NCBI GenBank assembly: GCA_963791045.1
Contig: CAWBQK010000013.1
Span: 32,001-96,000, forward strand
Direction: 5' to 3'
Length of the DNA: 64,000 nt
DNA from: Candidatus Latescibacterota bacterium
Lineage (GTDB): Bacteria; Krumholzibacteriota; Krumholzibacteriia; WVZY01
Part shown: piece by piece, positions 1 to 10,128 of the stretch
Layout: each line of letters starts with the position of its first letter
How positions within the stretch are numbered: the stretch's first letter is position 1
The notes under the pieces: generated by a model
The model's input: only the letters and a program-made list of their open reading frames with translations
Databases searched by the model: none
What the model was told of the DNA's origin: nothing
Translations under genes and position numbers: made by a program

Positions 1-497
1 GCGGTGGATCGATTGGCCGTGACAGAGAAATCAAGACCGCTGACGTTGTAACCGACCTTCGACACGAGAAGATTCCGCGCCGTCGCGTCCCACTCAAGGA
101 CGCTCAAGGTGTAGGGCGGCGCGACATCGACAACAAATTCCATTGGAATCATCACGAAGCCCGATTCGTATCGAACGGGACTCCTGAGCATCAACGGCTC
201 GCCGTCGATTACTACGACGCGCGTATCAACCGTGAATGTGAACCGCGTCCGGTTGATCCCAAGGATGACCTTGCGGCTCGACGCATTCCAGAATTGGGTG
301 GCTTTGAAAATCCGCGCGACATCGTTGGCCCGTACATACAGCACATCGCTGTCGCGGTCGAGCTGCCACATCAAAATTTGTTCGGTTCGACGGCCGTCGT
401 CGTAAACGACGGTAACGTCTTCCTGGCCGTAGGCGAGCGGGACCAGGGGCCCGGTCACAACGACCACCAGAATTACAAAGAGGATAAAAGCGCGCAT
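1..497 (-). CDS. Secreted protein (partial, runs off window) with copper-amine-oxidase-like N-terminal 'stalk' domain; probably the N-terminus of an N-acetylmuramoyl-L-alanine amidase
   Basis: Manual translation from ATG at 497: MRAFILFVILVVVVTGPLVPLAYGQEDV...FWNASSRKVILGINRTRFTFTVDTRVVVIDGEPLMLRSPVRYESGFVMIPMEFV, open to position 1. Signal peptide plus stalk-domain pattern. Catalytic domain not in window. Confidence 0.6.
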   Translation of the reverse strand, partial: MRAFILFVILVVVVTGPLVPLAYGQEDVTVVYDDGRRTEQILMWQLDRDSDVLYVRANDVARIFKATQFWNASSRKVILGINRTRFTFTVDTRVVVIDGEPLMLRSPVRYESGFVMIPMEFVVDVAPPYTLSVLEWDATARNLLVSKVGYNVSGLDFSVTANRST

Positions 498-672
498 GTT
501 TCCGAATGTTTGAATGAAAGCCCTATCAGCCGATCAGATGAATTACCCCAACCTACACCGCAATCCGCGTCCGGTTCAACCCAAATTCAGATGACGCTCC
601 GCTGCGCGGCGCGGCCACCGCTGAGTTTGAGGCAAACTCCGTACCCGAACGCCTGAAAGACGAGCCCCGTCG

Positions 673-1122
673 TCATCTTTTTTCCTTCAGACTCCGCCTC
701 ATATCGCGGTCGGAGTCTCTCTTGGCGATATCCCGCCGTTTGTCGTACGAGTGCTTCCCCTTGGCCAGGGCGAGCTCCACCTTGGCGACGCCCCTGTCGT
801 TGAAATAGAGTTTGAGCGGGACGAGAGTCAGCCCCTTTTCCCTTATCTTGCCGATCAATCGTCTGATTTCTTGTTTGTGCAGCAGCAACTTGCGGTCACG
901 CCGCGGATCGAGCTGTGTCTGCGAGGTATGCGAGTATGGGCTGATGTGAAGCCCCTTGAGAATAACCTCGCCCCGCTCGACGGTGGCGTACGTATCCGTG
1001 ATATTCGCTCGGCCCTCGCGGAGCGATTTGACTTCGGTCCCCATCAGCGAAATACCCGCCTCGACCTTCTCGACCACAGTATATTCGTGACGTGCCTTCC
1101 TATTGGATACGATTACTTTCAT
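673..1122 (-). CDS. smpB: SsrA-binding protein SmpB
   Basis: NRKARHEY, EAGISLMGTEVKSLREG, RKLLLHKQEI, GLTLVPLKLYF, AKGKHSYDKR motifs; ATG at 1122 preferred over the longer ORF start. Confidence 0.97.
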   Translation of the reverse strand: MKVIVSNRKARHEYTVVEKVEAGISLMGTEVKSLREGRANITDTYATVERGEVILKGLHISPYSHTSQTQLDPRRDRKLLLHKQEIRRLIGKIREKGLTLVPLKLYFNDRGVAKVELALAKGKHSYDKRRDIAKRDSDRDMRRSLKEKR

Positions 1123-1413
1123 GCACACATTATGGTGACCACCAGGCGGCTGTGCAAGGGTCAAATTGCCAACCACTTAAACTACTCCGCGAATTATCCA
1201 TTATATATACTACGAAATCATCTCTCCGCGAAATACCCGCCAGAATCAACGTATCACCATGTTATTTCGCGCGTTACGAGCTGTGACGCCCTTCCCTGCG
1301 GCGGCCTTGCCCAATAAAAAATGACGCCCCGCCGGCGACGACCGCCATTGTATATCATTATATAACCACATCTTATAGCGGCCACCACAAGATGTTGTGG
1401 GTCAAATCTCCCA

Positions 1414-1442
1414 TTGACTTTTATGGGTGTCTCCTCTATTCT
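1414..1442 (+). promoter_or_regulatory. sigma70-type promoter for tRNA-Leu
   Basis: TTGACT-17 bp-TATTCT followed by GC-rich GCCCC discriminator, about 95 nt upstream of the tRNA. Confidence 0.65.
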
Positions 1443-1535
1443 GCCCCCTTAGAAGTCGGCGGTCGTTTGAATAATATTCGATGACATATTGCCTGCTTCT
1501 TCACTGCCAAAACCTTCCGACTTTCAAAACTGAAT

Positions 1536-1622
1536 GCCGAAGTGGTGGAACTGGCAGACGCGCTGCGTTCAGGGCGCAGTGAGGGAAACCTCGTGGGGGT
1601 TCGAATCCCCCCTTCGGCACCA
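1536..1622 (+). tRNA. tRNA-Leu(CAG)
   Basis: GCCGAAG/CTTCGGC acceptor stem, D-loop GGAACTGGCAGAC, anticodon stem CTGCG/CGCAG with loop TTCAGGG, long variable arm, GGTTCGAATCC T-arm, encoded CCA. Confidence 0.97.
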
Positions 1623-1644
1623 GTTATTTGAAAGGTTTGAGGTT

Positions 1645-1689
1645 ATAAAACCCTTCGGCGGAAAGCTCCAACTGCCGAAGGGTTTTTAT
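1645..1689 (+). terminator. Intrinsic terminator after tRNA-Leu
   Basis: AAAACCCTTCGGC...GCCGAAGGGTTTTT hairpin with T tract. Confidence 0.8.
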
Positions 1690-1747
1690 GTTTTCATCCG
1701 GCGCGGGATTACGTCGGCGCGGTCTTTCGCAGGCCCTCGCTCAGGAC

Positions 1748-1930
1748 GGCGCGGGTCCTGTCATCGGCCTCCCCGGGCGTGCTCGCTTACGCTTCGTGCG
1801 GATAACTGATTCGCCGATAGTAGCACCGGTCACGAAACGACCACTCGTTCGTCGACAAAAGCGCCGTGCACGCCACCCGCACTCCGCGACGCTGCGCCGC
1901 CTCGGGGGCCCCGCCGATGCCACCCGCGCC
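1748..1930. repeat. Palindromic repeat element, intergenic copy (longer than the intragenic copy)
   Basis: 5' arm GGCGCGGGTCCTGTCATCGG and 3' arm CCGATGCCACCCGCGCC; both halves match 15462..15543. Confidence 0.75.
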
Positions 1931-1945
1931 TTCTCTTGACGAGGA

Positions 1946-2056
1946 CGGTGCGGTCTTTCGAAGGGCCCTTCCGCGGGAGCGAGCGAGAATCCACTGTCGG
2001 CGAAGCCGACAGTTAGTCGAGCGAAGCGGAGCGAGGGCCCTGGAATGACCGCACGG
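1946..2056. repeat. REP/MITE-like inverted-repeat element
   Basis: Imperfect terminal IR GTGCGGTCTTTCGAAGGGCCCT / AGGGCCCTGGAATGACCGCAC, internal hairpin ACTGTCGGC-GAA-GCCGACAGT; a related end at 1715..1737. Confidence 0.65.
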
Positions 2057-2160
2057 CCGAATATCCTCCGATGGCGCTTGACGGGTTCGAAGGTCACGCC
2101 CTATTTTTAGGACTTCGGACGCACTACGTTACAAACAAACAAACCCGCTCAATAGAGAGG

Positions 2161-3042
2161 ATGTCCATGCGGCGGTTCATATGGTTGTTGTTGCTTCCCG
2201 GTTGCCTCTGGCTTCCCACGATCACTGGTTGCTCGACGACGGGCTTTGCCGTCGGCGCGATGGGACCTATTCTCGACAACACAAAAGTGGCGGCGCTCGC
2301 CTCGAGCGACATACGCACCTTCAACGCCGCCGTCCCATCCAATCTCATGCTCCTCGAGGGGCTTATACAGACCGAACCAAAAAAGGCCGACCTGCGGATC
2401 ACCGCGGCCATGATGTACTTCAGTTACGCATTCACATTCGACAACCCCGCCGACGAAGGGTATGCATCGACGCTCTACCTCAAAGGGTTCGAACACGCGA
2501 AGGTGGCGCTCTTCAAAAACAAGAAAATCGCCGCCGCGTGGAACAAACCGTTCGATGATTTCGCCGCCGCGACGGCCGAATTGACCGTGAAGGACATGGA
2601 GGCGATCATGTGGACGGCGGCTAACTGGTCGCAGTTCATCGCGCTCCATCTTGATTCCACAAAAGTTTTGACTCAAATACCCAGAAACACGGCACTTATG
2701 GAGCGTGCGGCCGAGCTCGACGGAACGTACTTCGAGGGCCTGCCGTATATACTACTGGGCAGCCTGCACGCGTTTCGTCCCCAGTTGATGGGAGGTGACC
2801 CGGAAGCCTCGCTGGCCAATTTCGAGAAAGCGTTCGCGGTCTCCGATAACCGTTTTCTGCTTTCTCATTATCTGTACGCGAGATTCTACTGCCATCGGAT
2901 GCTCGACGATGTCCAGTTTGAAGAAAAGCTCGAGTATGTGCTCGAACAATCGGATGACATTCTCCCCGAGTACCGGCTTCTGAACACCATCGCCAAACAA
3001 AAATCGGCAATCCTGTTGAAGGAGAAAGATGAACTTTTTTAG
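2161..3042 (+). CDS. TRAP-T (TPAT) transporter TatT-family TPR-like lipoprotein
   Basis: Lipobox ITGC; LLEGLI, YFSYAFTF, LLGSLHAFRPQLMGGDPE motifs; directly upstream of dctPQM. Confidence 0.8.
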   Translation: MSMRRFIWLLLLPGCLWLPTITGCSTTGFAVGAMGPILDNTKVAALASSDIRTFNAAVPSNLMLLEGLIQTEPKKADLRITAAMMYFSYAFTFDNPADEGYASTLYLKGFEHAKVALFKNKKIAAAWNKPFDDFAAATAELTVKDMEAIMWTAANWSQFIALHLDSTKVLTQIPRNTALMERAAELDGTYFEGLPYILLGSLHAFRPQLMGGDPEASLANFEKAFAVSDNRFLLSHYLYARFYCHRMLDDVQFEEKLEYVLEQSDDILPEYRLLNTIAKQKSAILLKEKDELF

Positions 3043-4105
3043 ACATACACATCAAAGGACACGCATCATTGCCGCCGTCGCCGCCCTCGCGCTCGTCGTT
3101 ATGGCGGGGCTCGTCATCCAGACCGGGACGACGCACGCAAAAAAAGCCAAACCGGATACGTACATCAAGTTCGCCACGCTCGCGCCCGAGGGCAGCACGT
3201 GGATGAAGGTCATGCACGCCATCGACGATGATGTCCGTGCGGCCACTGAAAACCGTGTCGGTTTCAAGTTCTATCCCGGCGGTGTCCAGGGTGATGAAAA
3301 AGACGTCTTGAGAAAGATCCGAAACGGACAAGTTCACGGCGGCGGGTTCACCGGTTTCGGTCTCGGCGCGGTCGCGTCGGAATTTCGCGTGATCGAGCTG
3401 CCTTTCATGTTCAAGGATTACGCGGAAGTCGATTACGTTCGCGGCGAGCTGGACCCCTACTTCACCGAGGTGTTCGCCGACAAGGGGTACGAGTTCCTCG
3501 GCTGGGGAGACGTCGGCTTTGTCTATCTGTTCTCGAATACGCCGATACGGTCGCCGGAAGAACTCCAACGTTCAAAGATGTGGACGTGGTCGGGCGACGC
3601 GCTCGCCGAAATATTTTTCAACGCGTTCGATGTATCGCCAATCCCATTGGCGCTTCCCGACGTACTGACATCGCTGCAGATGGGTGTCATCGACGCGGTG
3701 TACAACGCGCCGCTCGCCTGCATCGCGCTCCAGTGGTTTACCCGGGTCAAATATATGACCGACGTCCCGGTCACATACGGGTTCGGCGCACTACTCGTGT
3801 CCAAAAAATCGCTCAAGAAGGTCAGCCCCGCCGACCTGGCAACACTCAAAACAATCTGCCGAAAACACTCGGACGCTCTTATCGGCAAGACACGGACGAG
3901 CAATGCGGAAGCCATCCAGGAAATCAAGGATGAGGGCGTCGACATCCTCGAAGTCGATCCCCAGGTCGAAAAGGCGTTCTTCATAAAGGGCCGGGACGCG
4001 TGGACGGAAGGGATCGGTAAACTCTACCCCGAAGACCTGCTCAAACGCGTGACCGTACTCGTCGACGACTATCGGGCGAACCCCAAAGAGGCAAAAAACC
4101 CTTAA
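3029..4105 (+). CDS. dctP: TRAP transporter substrate-binding protein (TatP/DctP family)
   Basis: IKFATLAPEGSTW, YPGGVQGDEKDVLRKIRNGQ, DVLTSLQMGVIDA. Confidence 0.9.
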   Translation: MNFFRHTHQRTRIIAAVAALALVVMAGLVIQTGTTHAKKAKPDTYIKFATLAPEGSTWMKVMHAIDDDVRAATENRVGFKFYPGGVQGDEKDVLRKIRNGQVHGGGFTGFGLGAVASEFRVIELPFMFKDYAEVDYVRGELDPYFTEVFADKGYEFLGWGDVGFVYLFSNTPIRSPEELQRSKMWTWSGDALAEIFFNAFDVSPIPLALPDVLTSLQMGVIDAVYNAPLACIALQWFTRVKYMTDVPVTYGFGALLVSKKSLKKVSPADLATLKTICRKHSDALIGKTRTSNAEAIQEIKDEGVDILEVDPQVEKAFFIKGRDAWTEGIGKLYPEDLLKRVTVLVDDYRANPKEAKNP

Positions 4106-4114
4106 GGCAAATAC

Positions 4115-4798
4115 GTGGAACATCCAACCATCACGTACATCCTCATTGCCTCGAGCATCGTCGTAGCGTCACTGATCCGCGCCTATCTGGACAAGACGTC
4201 GCGGCTTCGCGGCCTGTTCAGATTTCTCGGTGGTTTTGAAATCACCATCATCGCCTTGCTCCTCGGATCGCTCATCTTTTTTGGATGCCTGCAGATCGTG
4301 CTGCGCAACTTCTGGCACCGCGGCCTGCTGTGGGCCGACCCGTTGATGCGGCACGCCGTTCTCTGGCTGGGATGCCTCGGCGCCGCGCTCGCCACGAGCA
4401 AAATGCGTCATATCAATATCGACGTGTTTACACGTTTCCTCGGGCCGAAGACTCGCGTCTTCCGTGACAAGATCGTTTATCTCGCGACGGCCTTTGCCGC
4501 CTCGATTCTCGGTTTTGCCGCGCTCAAACTCGTCATCGACGAAAAGTCGTTTGGCGAAAAAGCATTCCTCAATGTCGACATATGGGTCCTGCAGGCAGTT
4601 CTGCCGCTGGCCTTTTTTCTGATTTCATACAGGAGTCTCTTCAATACATGGTGTCCGCCCGAGATCAAGCCCATGGAATGGGATGAATTCGGAATCGAGG
4701 TCGACGCAGAGCCCACGCCCACCGGCGCCGACACCGGCGACGTCCCAACAAACGAAGACACGCCGGACGACCCTATCGAGGACGGATCGGAAGACTAA
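4115..4798 (+). CDS. dctQ: TRAP transporter small permease
   Basis: QIVLRN, WADPLMRHAVLWLGCLGAALA, HINID; about 5 TM segments plus acidic tail. Confidence 0.88.
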   Translation: MEHPTITYILIASSIVVASLIRAYLDKTSRLRGLFRFLGGFEITIIALLLGSLIFFGCLQIVLRNFWHRGLLWADPLMRHAVLWLGCLGAALATSKMRHINIDVFTRFLGPKTRVFRDKIVYLATAFAASILGFAALKLVIDEKSFGEKAFLNVDIWVLQAVLPLAFFLISYRSLFNTWCPPEIKPMEWDEFGIEVDAEPTPTGADTGDVPTNEDTPDDPIEDGSED

Positions 4799-6060
4799 TG
4801 GCTATACTGATCGCCCTCATAATCGCTCTTCTTGTCTTATTCGGCGTGCCGTTGTTCGCCGCGCTTGGGGGCATCGCGCTCATCGCGTTCAAGGGCGCCG
4901 AGATCGACATCTCTTCGGTGGGCGTCGCGATGTACACACTCGCCGGGTCGCCAATTCTGATCGCCATACCGCTCTTCACATTCGCTGGGTACCTGTTCGC
5001 GCACAGCAAAGCGCCAGACCGGCTCGTCGCGCTCTCGCACGCATTCTTCCCCGGCGGACTCGCCGTGGTCGCGCTGGTGTCGTGCGCGATCTTCACCGCG
5101 TTTACGGGCGCGTCGGGTGTGACGATCATCGCGATGGGCGGACTTCTCTACCCCGCTCTTTTGAAGGAAGGCTATTCGAAGAAATTCTCACTCGGCCTCC
5201 TCACCGCATCGGGGAGCCTGGGTCTTCTCTTCCCCCCGAGCTTGCCGCTCATCGTCTACGGGTACGTTGCGTCGGTGAATGTCGACGACCTTTTTCTCGC
5301 GGGGCTCGTCCCGGGGATCCTCCTCGTCGGCGTTCTCTCCGTCTACGGCATCCACACGGGGAGAAAGCAGGGCATAAAACGCGACCCGGTATCGCTCCGC
5401 GCAATCATCCGCGCGGTCAGGGGCGCCGCGTGGGAACTCCCGCTTCCCATCATCATTCTCGGAGGGATATACGGCGGCATCATCACGGTAATGGAGGCGG
5501 CGGCGATCACTGCGCTTTACGCGTTTGTCGTCGAAGTCCTGATCTACAGGGACATCCCGCTCGGCAAGCTGCCCCGCATCACGGCGGAGAGCATGACGCT
5601 CGTCGGCGGCATCTTGATAATCCTTTCGTGCGCCATCGCGCTCACCAATTATTTGATCGACGCCGAAGTACCGCTGCTGATACTCGACTGGATGAAGTCA
5701 TACATTTCGAGCAAGTACACATTCCTTCTCCTGTTGAATGTGTTCCTGCTTATCGTCGGCTGCCTGATGGACATTTTCTCAGCGCTCATCGTCGTCGTCC
5801 CCTTGATCGTCCCCGTCGCGCTCGGGTTCGACGTTCACCCGGTCCACCTGGGAATCATCTTTCTCACCAATCTTGAAATCGGGTATCTCACACCGCCGGT
5901 GGGGCTCAATCTCTTTATATCGTCATACCGATTCAACCAGCCGGTGGTGTCGCTCTATGTCGCGAGCATCCCGTACCTCCTCCTGCTGCTTCTCGGCCTG
6001 TTGATCATCACCTACGCGCCGCTACTGAGTCTCTTTCTCGTCAATCTCTTCGGCGGTTAG
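4798..6060 (+). CDS. dctM: TRAP transporter large permease
   Basis: LIAIPLFTFAG, GSLGLLFPPSLPLIVYG, IGYLTPPVGLNLF. Confidence 0.93.
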   Translation: MAILIALIIALLVLFGVPLFAALGGIALIAFKGAEIDISSVGVAMYTLAGSPILIAIPLFTFAGYLFAHSKAPDRLVALSHAFFPGGLAVVALVSCAIFTAFTGASGVTIIAMGGLLYPALLKEGYSKKFSLGLLTASGSLGLLFPPSLPLIVYGYVASVNVDDLFLAGLVPGILLVGVLSVYGIHTGRKQGIKRDPVSLRAIIRAVRGAAWELPLPIIILGGIYGGIITVMEAAAITALYAFVVEVLIYRDIPLGKLPRITAESMTLVGGILIILSCAIALTNYLIDAEVPLLILDWMKSYISSKYTFLLLLNVFLLIVGCLMDIFSALIVVVPLIVPVALGFDVHPVHLGIIFLTNLEIGYLTPPVGLNLFISSYRFNQPVVSLYVASIPYLLLLLLGLLIITYAPLLSLFLVNLFGG

Positions 6061-6080
6061 ACGGCCGCGCCCCGGACTAC

Positions 6081-6119
6081 AAGAGGGCCCCGGCGATTTG
6101 CCGGAGCCCTCTTTTTTTT
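6081..6119 (+). terminator. Intrinsic terminator between convergent genes
   Basis: AAGAGGGCCCCGGC-GATTT-GCCGGAGCCCTCTTTTTTTT. Confidence 0.85.
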
Positions 6120-6145
6120 GAAATCATCCCACGCGCCCGTGCGAT

Positions 6146-9100
6146 TTATTTCAACATCACCATTTTCATGGTCTGGTTGAAGTTGCCGGCGCTCAGCCTG
6201 TAGAAATAGACTCCCGTCGAAACGCGCGAGCCATTTGCGTTTGTCCCGTTCCATTCAGCTGTGAACTGCCCCGGGCTCTTGACCTCGTTGACCAGTGTTT
6301 TGATCTGCCGTCCCTGGACATCGAACACGACGAGCGACACATGTGTCTGCGCCTTGATCTCGTAGCGGATTCGTGTCGTCGGGTTGAACGGGTTGGGATG
6401 GTTCTGATAGAGCCGATCGGCAAACGCGGCGATGTCGTCACCGATTCCCGTCGCCACGGGCTCAACCGGTCCGCCATACCCGCCGGCATAGGCGAGCGAG
6501 TTGACGGCGGAGACCTTGTAATACGTCCCCGCAACCGCCGTGCCGTCATCGTACACCGTGTCCGGCGCCGTCACCGTTGTGATGAAGTTGGCCGCCGCCG
6601 GTATAAACGATCCATCGATGTCCTTGTAAACCGCGTAACTCGAGACGTTGGCCTCGGGGTTCGCGCTCCACGAGATGATCGCATTCCCGCCCGCAATGGC
6701 CGCCGAGAGATTCTTTACATACACGGGATGATCCATGTCGAACGCGTGCGACCCGTAGATTCCCATGTCGGCGGGTGAACCGTCGGGGTCGTCATAGGCC
6801 GGATCGGGGTTACCGCGATCGATTTCGGGCGAGTGCATTGCCAGATGGAAATCACCCGACGCCGGATCGACGAACAACGGATCCTGCGATATGCAGCCGG
6901 CGCCCGGCGTCACACCGTTGTAGTCGGCGGTGGAACTGTTCCACACATTGCAGTAAAGCGGCGTGGGCAGGGTCGTCCCACTGCAGGAGAGACCGAACCC
7001 CGTCGAGTTCGCGATGATGTTGTTCATCACCGAAATCGCCGTGTTGGAGAAATACGCGCCACCCACGGAGGAACCGGTGTTGGCGTTCATGGTGTTGCCG
7101 TTGAAACTCCCGCTGGTCGCATTCAACATATAGCTGGCCGTTCCGCTATTTCCAACCCAGAGGTTGTGATTGACGAAACTCTCGGTCGACGCGAGATAGG
7201 CGCCGCCGCCGATCATTCCAGTATTGTTGAGTATCTTGCAGCCCGTCATCGACAAGGTCGAGCTTCCGTCGGTATCGATTCCGCCACCAATGGTCCTGGC
7301 CTGGTTGTTGTCGAGCGTGACGTTCGTCATTGTCAGATGCGAACCTTCCAAATGGATTCCGCCACCATATCCAATCGTTCCCGCCAATCCGGAGATGTTG
7401 TTCGATACGACATCGCCGTCCATCGACACACTGGTTGTGTTCTTGATATAAATACCACCGCCATATCCCATGGAGGAAGCCACGTCAGCCGAGTTGGCGT
7501 CGATGGTGTTGCCGGAAAATGTCGCCGACGTTGAATTGCCGACGTATACGCCGCCGCCCTTGGCGTTCTCCGCGGTATAAATCAGATCGTTGTTTTGAAT
7601 GGTGCAGCCGGTCATCGTCAGGCTTCCGCCGTCGACAAAAATGCCGCCGCCCTGCCCGGCACCGCACAATTCTATCTCCGTATTGACCAGCGCCAGCGCG
7701 CTGTTGTTCGCATAGATGCCACCGCCCGCGCCATACTCTCCGTTGTCGGCGTCGCAGTCGTGGATATACGAGTTGGCGATGGTCGCCGTCGCATTGTAGA
7801 CCCAGACACCGCCTCCGTACTTGCCCGCGATGGGCAGAAGCTGCGAGCCACCGGTGCCGTTCATAATTTCAAAACCGTCGAGAACCGATTCGGCCGTCGT
7901 CGCCGGTCCGATCTCGATGTTGCCGGTCAGGTCGAGAACGGTCTTGCCCGACACGAGGTCGCGCGAAGAGAATCCGCTGTCATACGCGCCGTACATCTTG
8001 ACCCCGTCGGCGATCGTGATATCGACACCGGTGTAGGTCGTCGAGGCGACGAGGAGCGAGTCCCCCGCGCCGGTTGCGCTTATCGCGTCGGCGAGTGTGT
8101 TCGCCGCATTGGCCGGTGTGATGTACGGAAAAACCCCGGCGCCCGTGGGCGAGAGGTAGTGTTTCGTCGTCTCTTTGACCTCGAAACCGTTCGAAATTAC
8201 GGCCGACTGAAGATCGCGGTTGAACACCTCGATGTCGCGGAGTCCAATCGCCGCGTCGTTATCGATGGTTATCGTGGCCTCGAATGTGTTGGCGTCGATA
8301 AAGGTCAAGGAGTTGAGCGTGATGTCGGGACCCATTTCAACATAGGCGCCGTGAACAAAGTTGGATCCCGAAATGGTGATCGTGGTGGTGACACCCTGGA
8401 AATCGTTGTCGGGGGCAGACGCCGAGGCCGTCGGCGCACTGAGAGGCGCCGGCGCGCACCCGTTGCCGTCCCACCCGATTTGCGCCGGCGTGTACTGGCA
8501 GAGACCGAATGCGTTGTTGTTCATCATGCACGACCCGTGCGGATACCCGTCACAGTTCTCGCAGTTACGATTGAGCTCGGTGCCGCAGGTACAGCCGCAG
8601 CCGCTCTCCGCATACTCGTCGCACGCATTGAAGATATGCCCCGTCTCGTGCGTCAAGACCTGACTCGGATCCCACCCATAACTCCTGGAGAGAAGTTGGG
8701 TAAAGGGCCCACCGAGATAGGCCCACGCGGAGCCGCCGAACAGATACTGCGTCGCGGCGGGCGGCGGGTTGTAGGCGACAAATGCCGAGTACGCCCAGTC
8801 CGTCCCATAGTTCGAACGTTGCCATGTGTTAAAAGAGTTGGTGTTTGTAAATACACTGGTCGATCCAAAACCAAAATTGTTCATAATCGGTTGATCCAAT
8901 CGTTCGACGTCTTCGACGTCTGGATGATCGGCTCGTACCCCTGCTGACAGCGCGAATCGGTTCCCGGGTAGAAGCGAACGAGGAAGGCATTCCAGCAGTC
9001 GAAGTTTTCATACGCCTTCGACGTCCACCAGGCAAGCCCGGTACTCGCACTCATCACGTACTCGTCCATGTGTTCCTGCGACCAGGTGTAAATGTCGGGA

Positions 9101-9741
9101 TCGATCGTTCCATTGCTTTCAACCATGAAGATCGACAACGAAATCGTTCCCGTCATTCTCTCGCTGTTGGATCCGTACGCCGGGGATTTTTCCAAGAGAA
9201 TCCCGCGATCCTTGAGCTGCGCTACATTGAGGCCGACAGACTCGAGGTTCTCTATATAATCGTCGTAATTAAAATCAGGGCGTTGTCGCGCGTCATTCGG
9301 TATCGGTTTGCGGTCCAGCGCCTCGGTGGTGGACATTTCCTCAAAATGTTTCTTCTGTACATCGCCGCGTGCCGCCGCGTTGAAGAACTTCACCATCGCG
9401 TTCGATTGAAAATCGTCGGCCTTCACCTCGCCCGGCAGCACTTCGGTGTCATAAATTGCCGTGATCCCCGCCTGACCGATCAGTTCCGCGCGGCGGTCAA
9501 ACGGTATCCACCCGAGTATCATTGACGGGGGCGACATGATCGCCACTCGTCCGCCGTGGGACTGGATGGTTGCGCGTGCGTTGTGAAGACTCGAGATATC
9601 GTCCGTGTCGAGAACGACAAGTGTGAAGCCGTCGAGCCAGGACATGTCGTTGGATCCGTCGATTTTCGCAGAGGTCGCCGGGGCGGCGATGAGCGAGATA
9701 ACAAGAGCGACGGAGAGAAGCGCGGCAAATTGCGATGTCAT
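6146..9741 (-). pseudogene. Large secreted metzincin-like metalloprotease with IPT/TIG, right-handed beta-helix repeats and C-terminal FlgD-Ig domain, split by a 1-nt frameshift near 8888 (possibly a sequence error)
   Basis: ORF 8881..9759 (signal peptide, GGAGG RBS before ATG 9741) ends ...NDWIN; ORF 6146..8899 continues PIMNNFGF...HETGHIFNACDEY, GGGIY repeats, QNHPNPFNPTT...YFYRL...KMVMLK. Confidence 0.75.
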
Positions 9742-9866
9742 TCTGACCTCCAGATGCAAAAAAAGCGGCGGGGAAAACGGGTGCGTGAGTCATTGAGTCA
9801 CTTGTGAAACAATGCGCAATAACGGGCAATGCCAATCCCCTTTTTCCCCATCGCGTGCGCGGAAAA

Positions 9867-9882
9867 AGCAAGATTATCGCCA
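9867..9882 (-). promoter_or_regulatory. Putative sigma54 (-24/-12) promoter for the protease gene
   Basis: Minus strand TGGCGATAATCTTGCT = GG-N10-GC with TGGC and TTGCT, about 125 nt upstream of ATG 9741. Confidence 0.5.
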
Positions 9883-9978
9883 ACAACCGTTTGCCCCCGC
9901 TCGTCACGCGGGTGCTTTATCTCTTTCAATATTATATATCAATTACGGGTATAGACACAAGCGATGGCTGCGGGCTGA

Positions 9979-10007
9979 TTGACTTTTGGCTCCAGTTGCT
10001 GTAAACT
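9979..10007 (+). promoter_or_regulatory. sigma70-type promoter
   Basis: TTGACT-17 bp-TAAACT upstream of the heparinase-like gene. Confidence 0.55.
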
Positions 10008-10128
10008 ATATCCATAGCCTTGTCAACGATTTAGGGCAAAAGGCTTAAGAGAGTTGTGGGTCCGCCCGCCTGTCACGGCTCTCAATCGATTTCCGCATGC
10101 CCTGCGGAGGAAGAGACGCGAGGATACT

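Noticed and set aside
1130-1530. tmRNA (ssrA) next to smpB
   Set aside because: No GGGG 5' end, T-arm/CCA end or tag peptide ORF found
1688-2097. Short ORFs over the post-tRNA region
   Set aside because: They translate GC-rich palindromic repeats; no RBS or protein-like composition
1536-6060. Prophage or integrative island at tRNA-Leu
   Set aside because: No integrase or phage genes; downstream genes are a TRAP transporter
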